A stretch of 60,715 bases of DNA from IMG/VR virus record IMGVR_UViG_3300045988_118650, one strand, 5' to 3'. Source of the stretch: a virus. How positions within the stretch are numbered: position 1 is the stretch's first letter; each line of letters opens with the position of its first letter. Positions 35,517 through 41,809 of this stretch are shown one piece after another. The notes beneath the pieces were generated by a model that saw only the letters and a program-made list of their open reading frames with translations, ran no database searches and was not told the DNA's origin. The translations under genes were made by a program, and so were the position numbers.

Positions 35517-36455
35517 TTAGATCAGTTTATATTCAAGGCCGATTTTATCCAGAGCTGCGATCAGCTCCCGGCCCTGCTCGGCGGTATAGCGGACGTGCAA
35601 TGTGCGCTCAAATACTTTGGGCTGCTGCACGGGTTCCGGCTGCGGCTCAGGTTGTGCAGCGCGGAGAGAGGAAAAGTCCAGACGGCCGTTGTCGTCGATG
35701 ATCTTTGACATCTCGACGTTCTGGGCGGCCTGCGCTTTGATTTCAAGGTCTTCGGCGGTTGGACGCTGGATAACAGGCGCGGCGCGGCGGGCGGCTTCCT
35801 CGGCGGCCTTTGCTGCCGCTGCCTGCTCCTGCTGGGCTTTGTAGTCCCGGTAGGCCTTGCGCTCGGCGCGGGCTTCCTTCATGGACAGGTTTTTGAGATA
35901 AGCGCGGCGCACGGCTTCGTATTCCTCGCCGGGTTCGCAGTCGTCGGCCAGATCGTCCAGCTCCAGCCGCTTTTCCTCGATGATGGTTTTCAGCTCCTTT
36001 TCGGCGGTGCTGAACGGGGTCGTTTTGTTCAACCAACGAGAATCGAATATCTTGTCGATGGGGACAAGGACAGCCAGCGGCCCTGCAGCCTGCGTATAGA
36101 CCGCTTCGAGCTTTGCCCGCTTGTCGGCCTTTTCCGCGTCCTCGTAGGCCTTGACCTGCACGTCGATTTCGGTAGACGTTGCCTTGATTTTCTGACGCAG
36201 GTCTTTGGTGGTGGTTTCCAGCTCGGCCAGCGGGTCGAGGTAGACGTTTTTGGTTGCCGTGAAAGCCTTTGCAAGCTGCTTTTCCAGCGCGTTGAGCTTT
36301 GCGCGGTCTTTCTTTGCGCCGTCGATCATGTCGGCGGTGTAGACGCGGCCTGTGTACTTGCTGATAGCGTCGTTCACAAACTGTTCGACGGCTTCTTTGT
36401 TCCAGACCAGCGGCGGGATAATGGGTTTCTGAATCTGGACGGTGAGTTCTTCCAT
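35517..36455 (-). CDS. DUF1351-like protein (RecT-associated)
   Basis: MEELTVQIQKPIIPPLVWNKEAVEQFVNDAISKYTGRVYT..; ATG at 36453-36455 lies 7 nt after AGGAGG. Confidence 0.7.
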   Translation of the reverse strand: MEELTVQIQKPIIPPLVWNKEAVEQFVNDAISKYTGRVYTADMIDGAKKDRAKLNALEKQLAKAFTATKNVYLDPLAELETTTKDLRQKIKATSTEIDVQVKAYEDAEKADKRAKLEAVYTQAAGPLAVLVPIDKIFDSRWLNKTTPFSTAEKELKTIIEEKRLELDDLADDCEPGEEYEAVRRAYLKNLSMKEARAERKAYRDYKAQQEQAAAAKAAEEAARRAAPVIQRPTAEDLEIKAQAAQNVEMSKIIDDNGRLDFSSLRAAQPEPQPEPVQQPKVFERTLHVRYTAEQGRELIAALDKIGLEYKLI

Positions 36456-36477
36456 GTTCATACCTCCTGTTGATGGT

Positions 36478-36630
36478 TCAGCAGGCTTTTGCCTGTTGGC
36501 TTGCAGGCTTCGAAACGAAAATCCCGATGTCCAGCGGCTTTTGCTCACGAATAGCCTGCATGAGCTGGGCGTCCGTTTCGATGCCATAATCGCGCTTGAG
36601 GATTTCGCGCAGGCGGTCTTTAAGCTCCAT
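36478..36630 (-). CDS. Hypothetical small protein (50 aa)
   Basis: Own translation MELKDRLREILKRDYGIETDAQLMQAIREQKPLDIGIF...; RBS AAAGGAAG. Confidence 0.45.
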   Translation of the reverse strand: MELKDRLREILKRDYGIETDAQLMQAIREQKPLDIGIFVSKPASQQAKAC

Positions 36631-37120
36631 CCCTGCACTTCCTTTCAAGCAGGATTTTCATATCGCTGACGTCCCGTGCAATGTTCTCGATGAACCCGAC
36701 CACGTTTCGGAGCTGTTCACGCTCCTGCTGGCTGATCTTGCCGTCGATGGCGATTTTAAGAACAGTGTTCTGCATATCCTGCATATCTTCGCGGTTCGTG
36801 TGGGTCAGGAAGTTTACAGCGACGCTTTCGATGGTTTTCACCTCACAGGTGAGAGAGCTGCCAACGTGCTTTCCGATGGGGCAGCACATTTTACAGTAGT
36901 GGCTTTCCATCTCCGGCATACCGTAAAGGTCGGCCATCGCGCACACGATGTCCTGCGGGACGGCTGCGGTATCGACCTCGTAGTTGCGCAGGGTCGATTC
37001 CGCGATATTGAGACGGGCCGCCGCATTTGCGCGGCTGCTCAGGGCGTCGTTAAACTGCGACGCTGCTTTCCGACAGAGAAAATAATAATTTTTGCTCGAT
37101 TTTACACACTCATTCTGCAT
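36620..37120 (-). CDS. HTH (XRE-like) regulatory protein
   Basis: SSRANAAARLNIAESTLRNYE is HTH-like. It is the second gene of the rightward early operon. Confidence 0.6.
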   Translation of the reverse strand: MQNECVKSSKNYYFLCRKAASQFNDALSSRANAAARLNIAESTLRNYEVDTAAVPQDIVCAMADLYGMPEMESHYCKMCCPIGKHVGSSLTCEVKTIESVAVNFLTHTNREDMQDMQNTVLKIAIDGKISQQEREQLRNVVGFIENIARDVSDMKILLERKCRDGA

Positions 37121-37159
37121 ATCTTCTCGGCTCCAATGCTGTAAAATAAATGTAACGGG

Positions 37160-37381
37160 TTAGTCAATCTCAATGACGACGTGGTGAACCTCGGCATTCG
37201 TAATGCCAAGCTGTTCGCTGATCTTGTTCATCACGGCGCCCTTGACCGACTTGCTGATCGTCTGACGCAGGGTAGCATCGGTAGTTCCGGTCGCCTGTGC
37301 CAGATCGCTGTTGGACAGCCCTTTCATGGTCATAAGGGTCTTGACCGTGCGTTTCCAGTCCAGATGCAGTTCGAGCTTCAT
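37160..37381 (-). CDS. Cro-like HTH protein
   Basis: 73 aa, LMTMKGLSNSDLAQATGTTDATLRQ. Divergent from the repressor gene. Confidence 0.7.
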   Translation of the reverse strand: MKLELHLDWKRTVKTLMTMKGLSNSDLAQATGTTDATLRQTISKSVKGAVMNKISEQLGITNAEVHHVVIEID

Positions 37382-37440
37382 ATTTTGGTTCTTGACCTCC
37401 TTTGCATTTTTTGGTGAGCTATGCTATATTTAGGGTATAC

Positions 37441-37452
37441 TTACATTTGTAA
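37441..37452. promoter_or_regulatory. Operator-like inverted repeat TTACA-TT-TGTAA
   Basis: Read directly, in the cro-like gene leader. Confidence 0.45.
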
Positions 37453-37476
37453 ATAGCTTTGTGAGCTTTAGCTGAT

Positions 37477-37488
37477 TTACATTTGTTA
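37477..37488. promoter_or_regulatory. Operator-like inverted repeat TTACA-TT-TGTTA
   Basis: Read directly, next to the -10 element of the early promoter. Confidence 0.4.
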
Positions 37489-37516
37489 TTATAACTCACT
37501 ATTGTGAGTACGTCAA
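37488..37516 (-). promoter_or_regulatory. Early promoter (minus strand): -35 TTGACG, 17-nt spacer that is itself the operator ACTCAC-TATT-GTGAGT, -10 TATAAT
   Basis: Reverse complement of 37488-37516. The hexamers are consensus-like with exact 17-nt spacing. The 16-mer at 37494-37509 is a perfect inverted repeat. Confidence 0.75.
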
Positions 37517-37524
37517 CAGCTTTT

Positions 37525-37540
37525 ACTCATTATTGTGAGC
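37525..37540. promoter_or_regulatory. Operator copy ACTCAT-TATT-GTGAGC
   Basis: Read directly, just upstream of the repressor start codon. Confidence 0.55.
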
Positions 37541-37561
37541 AGTTTTGTGAGGTGTGCCACT

Positions 37562-37963
37562 ATGTCTTTGTATGAAAATCTGTGTGCTGCTTGTGAAAAG
37601 CGCGGAATCTCCCTGACCCGGCTTATCGTTGAGAGCGGGTTTGCCAGCTCCAACATTGCCCGCCTGAAAACCGGGTCGATGCCCAGCTATGAAATGGTCG
37701 AGGCTATGGCAAGACGGTTAAATATGAGCATCGACGAGCTTGTTTACGGTGAGAAGAATCTCGTTGTGCTGAATGAGCAGGAACGCGAACGGATATCCGC
37801 TTACGGCAGAGGGAACGTTTTTATTTTGGACGATGAGGAAAAAGAGCTGCTGTCGATTTATAGATCCATCCCCGCCGGAAAACGTTCCATGTGCAAAGAT
37901 TTTTTGAAAACCCATCTCGTGCCAGACGTGCAGGCCGATGCACAGGAAGAAAGCAAAGAATAA
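37562..37963 (+). CDS. cI-like repressor (XRE-family HTH)
   Basis: MSLYENLCAACEKRGISLTRLIVESGFASSNIARLKTG. On the plus strand, upstream of the integrase. Confidence 0.8.
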   Translation: MSLYENLCAACEKRGISLTRLIVESGFASSNIARLKTGSMPSYEMVEAMARRLNMSIDELVYGEKNLVVLNEQERERISAYGRGNVFILDDEEKELLSIYRSIPAGKRSMCKDFLKTHLVPDVQADAQEESKE

Positions 37964-37981
37964 ATATATAAGAGGTGCGCT

Positions 37982-38116
37982 ATGGTTTCGCATGATGAAT
38001 TTATAAAAGAGTTGCAAGACCTGCTTGCCGCATATCAGGCGGCCAGCGCAGATGACCGTGAAAAAGTTATGCAGATTTTGAAAAAATATATTCCGAAAGA
38101 TAAGGGTCAGCAATGA
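37982..38116 (+). CDS. Hypothetical small protein (44 aa)
   Basis: Own translation MVSHDEFIKELQDLLAAYQAASADDREKVMQILKKYIPKDKGQQ. RBS AAGAGGTG. ATGA overlap with the integrase start. Confidence 0.45.
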   Translation: MVSHDEFIKELQDLLAAYQAASADDREKVMQILKKYIPKDKGQQ

Positions 38117-39837
38117 GGAAAGCAAAAGAGAATCCGCAAAAAGAAAAGCCGCAGCGGGCGGCCATATATTTGCGTGTTTCGACCTCATATCAGGCAGATC
38201 GTGACAGCTTGCCCATGCAGCGCAAAGATCTGGTCGGGTATTGTGAATATGCTTTGAACATCAGCGACTATACCGTATTTGAAGATGCCGGGTATTCTGG
38301 TAAAAATACAGATCGCCCTGCATTTCAAAAAATGATGATGCAGATTCGGAACGGAATGTATTCCCATCTGCTGGTTTGGAAAATAGACCGCATCAGCAGA
38401 AATCTGCTAGATTTTGCCCAGATGTATGAGGAGCTGAAAACGCTGGGCGTTACGTTCATCTCTCGAAATGAACAGTTTGATACTTCAACCGCTATGGGTG
38501 AAGCGATGCTCAAAATGGTTCTGATTTTTGCGGAGCTTGAGCGCAAAACAACCGCAGAGCGCGTGACGGCCACCATGATAAGCCGGGCAAATGATGGCAC
38601 ATGGAACGGCGGTCGGGTTCCGTTTGGGTACGATTACAATAAAGAAACCCAGACCTTTTCTATCAACGGTGACGAAAGCTATATTGTTCTGCAGATGTAT
38701 GATCTGTATGAAAAGACCGATTCGTTAGTTCGTACAGCGCGTGAGCTGAACAAGCTCGGCTATGTATCACGCCAGCACAATCCGTTTTCCCCGGTGTCGA
38801 TCTGGATTATTCTTCGGAATCCATGGTATGTTGGCACTTATCGGTACAATTACTACAAAATCCCCGGTCGTAGAGCGGTAAAGGAAGAATCCGAATGGGT
38901 AGTGATCGAGAATCATCACAGCCCGCTGGTTAGTAAAGAACGGTTCGATCACGTTCAAAAGATGCTGGATTCAAATGCCAGATATCGAAATACTCCCGGC
39001 AGGAGTTCAAAGCAGAAAAATGTCAATATTTTTTCTGGGCTTATATGGTGTTCCTGTTGTGGCGCTGCTTTTACAGCTTCTCCGGGAAAGCTCCATGCGT
39101 CCGGGTATCGACCGACAAAATATGGTTGCCCGAATGTGCGCAAGACAAAAACCTGTAATGCAAAATATACCTCGGACCCTGTGATAGGTGAATTTTTGCT
39201 AAATTTCATCTTGAACGTGATAAACGCGCAAAAGGGTTTTGAAAAAATAAACTCCCCTGCCGATCTTGAATCGCGGCTCCTGCGCGGTGATGCGTTCCGG
39301 GATGTGGCAAAGATTGATTCGGCCAGCGTGGCCGCCTTGTATGAGATGCTGTCCTCGTTCTCCCCTGCTGATTCTGTGCTGCTCAAAAAGCCGACCATCA
39401 AAAAGAATCTTGATCCTGAATTGCGAAAGCTGCGAGCGGATAAGCGAAAAACTGAACGCGCTCTCACCCGGCTGGATCATATTTATTTATATTCCAACAA
39501 GCAGATGTCGGACAAAGAATATCTTGTCAAGAAAAATGATTTGATGACCGACTTAAAGGAATTGGATAAATCTATCGGTTTGCTGACCTCGGAATCGTGG
39601 GCGCAGTCGCTTTCAGATGATGATTTCTTAGAGCAAGCCAGCAGCTTTATCATTTCCCAGCGCTTGCAGGAACGTGAGTATATTTATTTTCAGGGTCTTG
39701 CGGAATCGACAGACCCCGCTGTGTTGCGCGCGTTCTTCGTTTCCATAATCGATTCTGTACGCATGAGAAACGGCCTTGTAGAGACTTTGACGTTCAAGAA
39801 CGGAATTTCTCACACGTTTACCTATAAGGCAATATAA
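38113..39837 (+). CDS. Large serine recombinase (integrase)
   Basis: AAIYLRVSTSYQ (catalytic Ser), resolvase-domain motif VWKIDRISRN, a recombinase domain and a Cys-rich zinc-ribbon (CSCCG..CPNVRKTKTC). 574 aa. Confidence 0.93.
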   Translation: MRKAKENPQKEKPQRAAIYLRVSTSYQADRDSLPMQRKDLVGYCEYALNISDYTVFEDAGYSGKNTDRPAFQKMMMQIRNGMYSHLLVWKIDRISRNLLDFAQMYEELKTLGVTFISRNEQFDTSTAMGEAMLKMVLIFAELERKTTAERVTATMISRANDGTWNGGRVPFGYDYNKETQTFSINGDESYIVLQMYDLYEKTDSLVRTARELNKLGYVSRQHNPFSPVSIWIILRNPWYVGTYRYNYYKIPGRRAVKEESEWVVIENHHSPLVSKERFDHVQKMLDSNARYRNTPGRSSKQKNVNIFSGLIWCSCCGAAFTASPGKLHASGYRPTKYGCPNVRKTKTCNAKYTSDPVIGEFLLNFILNVINAQKGFEKINSPADLESRLLRGDAFRDVAKIDSASVAALYEMLSSFSPADSVLLKKPTIKKNLDPELRKLRADKRKTERALTRLDHIYLYSNKQMSDKEYLVKKNDLMTDLKELDKSIGLLTSESWAQSLSDDDFLEQASSFIISQRLQEREYIYFQGLAESTDPAVLRAFFVSIIDSVRMRNGLVETLTFKNGISHTFTYKAI

Positions 39838-39840
39838 TAA

Positions 39841-39872
39841 GCCCCAGAGCCGTGCTCTTGCGGTTCTGGGGC
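39841..39872. terminator. Bidirectional intrinsic terminator
   Basis: GCCCCAGAGCCG-loop-CGGTTCTGGGGC followed by TTTCTTTTT. It is U-rich on the other strand as well and sits between convergent genes. Confidence 0.7.
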
Positions 39873-39879
39873 TTTCTTT

Positions 39880-40077
39880 TTATTCGTCCGTGTAGTCGCT
39901 GGCGTTAAAAAGCCCTGCGGAATAGACGTGCCCTATTCTGCGGCCGTTACTGTCGATTGCGGTGCGCCGCACCGTTTCCTGACCGTACATATTCGGCCCC
40001 AGCTCATAGAGGTACTTCTTCGTGCGGTACTGCCCGGTGGTGAGTAGCGCTTCTGCCATTTTCTTTGATACTTTCAT
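39880..40077 (-). CDS. Hypothetical protein
   Basis: 65-aa ORF. Confidence 0.55.
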   Translation of the reverse strand: MKVSKKMAEALLTTGQYRTKKYLYELGPNMYGQETVRRTAIDSNGRRIGHVYSAGLFNASDYTDE

Positions 40078-40092
40078 GTATAGTCCTCCTAT

Positions 40093-40317
40093 TCAAGAAA
40101 TAAAAATGTCAACGTAGCTGTTGCGGAAAGTGCTTTCAGCCCCGTCTCTGTCCTTGACAATGACATATTGGTCGTGCGGGTCGGTTTCATCAAAGCCCAT
40201 TGCCATGATCTCGGCGGCCGGGATGGTCTTGCAGGTGACGCTTTTCGCGTGCTCGGTATAAAAGCAGGTGGCAGCGTTCTTGCTGAATCTCTTCTTCAGG
40301 GTGATCTTGACAGTCAT
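40093..40317 (-). CDS. Hypothetical protein
   Basis: 74-aa ORF. Confidence 0.55.
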   Translation of the reverse strand: MTVKITLKKRFSKNAATCFYTEHAKSVTCKTIPAAEIMAMGFDETDPHDQYVIVKDRDGAESTFRNSYVDIFIS

Positions 40318-40320
40318 TTT

Positions 40321-40485
40321 TCAGTCCTCCTCGATTTCGACCATTCCGGCCAGCTTGTAAAGCAGTTCGTGGTCTGCTGCGGAGATCTTCTCCTGCTCAA
40401 ACTCACGGTCGATCTGCCAGAACGTAGCGTCCCTGTCGTTCTCGGTCTTGATTTCCGAAATCATCTCAGCCAACTTCTTAAACAT
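40321..40485 (-). CDS. Hypothetical small protein (54 aa)
   Basis: Own translation MFKKLAEMISEIKTENDRDATFWQIDREFEQEKISAADHELLYKLAGMVEIEED. Confidence 0.45.
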   Translation of the reverse strand: MFKKLAEMISEIKTENDRDATFWQIDREFEQEKISAADHELLYKLAGMVEIEED

Positions 40486-40499
40486 TTCGTATACCCCTT

Positions 40500-40682
40500 T
40501 CAGTTGATCTTGATGGTAAGATATCCGGTTCCATCCTGCCAGAACTTGAAAACGTTCTTCCCGGTCTTTTTATATTCGTGCTTTGCGGATGCTGTGGAGC
40601 TTGCAACGAAAGATTTTCCAAAGTACCACTCAACGGACGCCTTGGTATCGATGGCATTGTTGGTTTTGTAGGTAATCATCAT
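40500..40682 (-). CDS. Hypothetical protein
   Basis: 60-aa ORF with RBS GGAGGG. First gene after the promoter at 40733-40761. Confidence 0.55.
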   Translation of the reverse strand: MMITYKTNNAIDTKASVEWYFGKSFVASSTASAKHEYKKTGKNVFKFWQDGTGYLTIKIN

Positions 40683-40695
40683 TTTTCAGCCCTCC

Positions 40696-40711
40696 ACTCA
40701 CATTTGTGCGT
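40696..40711. promoter_or_regulatory. Operator copy ACTCAC-ATTT-GTGCGT
   Basis: Read directly. Confidence 0.5.
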
Positions 40712-40732
40712 TCACGTTTGGTTTATGTCTAT

Positions 40733-40761
40733 ATTATCACTTTCATTTGTGAGTTCGTCAA
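40733..40761 (-). promoter_or_regulatory. Early promoter: -35 TTGACG, 17-nt operator spacer, -10 GATAAT
   Basis: Same architecture as 37488-37516. Operator 40739-40754. Confidence 0.7.
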
Positions 40762-40826
40762 CAGGCAAGATAATATTTTTGCAAAAAGAAAAGCAGCAAG
40801 GTGGTCATTCCTTGCTGCTTGTTTCG

Positions 40827-40842
40827 ATTCACATTTGTAAGT
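40827..40842. promoter_or_regulatory. Operator copy ATTCAC-ATTT-GTAAGT
   Basis: Read directly. Confidence 0.4.
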
Positions 40843-40897
40843 GGTGGGGGTTATTCTATAAGCATAGCATCCCGTATGATAACGGGAGCAACCCATA

Positions 40898-40913
40898 CAC
40901 TCACAAATGTGAG
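40898..40913. promoter_or_regulatory. Operator copy ACTCAC-AAAT-GTGAGC (contains the perfect palindrome CTCACAAATGTGAG)
   Basis: Read directly. Confidence 0.55.
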
Positions 40914-41138
40914 CGGTTTTGTCCAAAAAAGAATCTGTCGGAGTATTTGTTGTTAGTTGATGCGAGCTTTTATATTATATCACAGCTCTTTCGATTTTTC
41001 CAGCCGCAGGCAACGTCCATCCTTGTAGGCCATGCAGTTTTCGCCGTCGCACTCCCCCAGCTTGTCCTTGTAGACTTCCTGCATGGCGTCCTGCGTTGCT
41101 CTCCTGTGCTGCTGGACTGCCCTCGGAGAATTCTTCCA

Positions 41139-41807
41139 TCAAACATTGGTTTTCTTCTCACGGCCATTGCCGTACAACAAATCCACTATATCTTTCTCTT
41201 CTATATAGGACCAGCTTTGGGGTGCGCGATAAATAGAGCACCCTTCAATTTTGCAAGTCGGTGGAATCATGTAGTGATAAGACGGTTCATAGTTTTCACA
41301 ACGTGAATTTCCGCAAACGCAATTTGATCTGCCCATTCCCAAAAAACCAAATCTTGAAAATTCACAAAGGTCTTTGGGCGTATCGTAAACCCTCAGGTCA
41401 GAGATGTGCCACGCAAACAGCTCTGGCGCAGATTTTGCATAGGAGTTCAGTTCGTACTTTGGAATGCAGGATTTTTTGATATCCCGTATCTCTATTGCTA
41501 TATCATCATTTCCGAATTCGTTTAGAGATAGATAGCAATAATCAAAATTATCGTCGATTCCCATCCGCCGAATAGTGTCTATCTTGTAGCAGGTGAATTC
41601 GCCGATAACAAATCCATCCAGCCGCTGCAAGCCTTGAACAGGAACAGTCCGCAACCATCCTTCAGCGGTTTTTGTGCAGTAGATGTACACCTTGAACGGA
41701 GTTTCCAGCTTCGGTCGGGTCTTACGCACCTCAACGGTCTTTTCGCGGCTGAGAATCTTCTTGCACCACTCTGGCTTGGCGCTCATTAGGACGGCTTTGG
41801 TGCTCAT
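41139..41807 (-). CDS. ASCH-domain (PUA-like) protein
   Basis: KAVLMSAKPEWCKKILSREKTVEVRKTRPKLETPFKVYIYCTK is a typical ASCH N-terminus. The gene is visibly more AT-rich than its neighbours. Confidence 0.8.
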   Translation of the reverse strand: MSTKAVLMSAKPEWCKKILSREKTVEVRKTRPKLETPFKVYIYCTKTAEGWLRTVPVQGLQRLDGFVIGEFTCYKIDTIRRMGIDDNFDYCYLSLNEFGNDDIAIEIRDIKKSCIPKYELNSYAKSAPELFAWHISDLRVYDTPKDLCEFSRFGFLGMGRSNCVCGNSRCENYEPSYHYMIPPTCKIEGCSIYRAPQSWSYIEEKDIVDLLYGNGREKKTNV

Positions 41808-41809
41808 GG

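Noticed and set aside
35517-36638. The full 373-aa ORF as the DUF1351 gene.
   Set aside because: The first ~60 codons are Ser/Arg/Lys-rich and overlap a better small ORF in another frame (36478-36630). A strong AGGAGG precedes the internal ATG at 36455.
40729-41167. ORFs 40729-40926 and 40970-41167 (65 aa each).
   Set aside because: They lie in the operator-rich non-coding region. Their translations are Arg/Ser/Thr/Cys-rich and lack an RBS.
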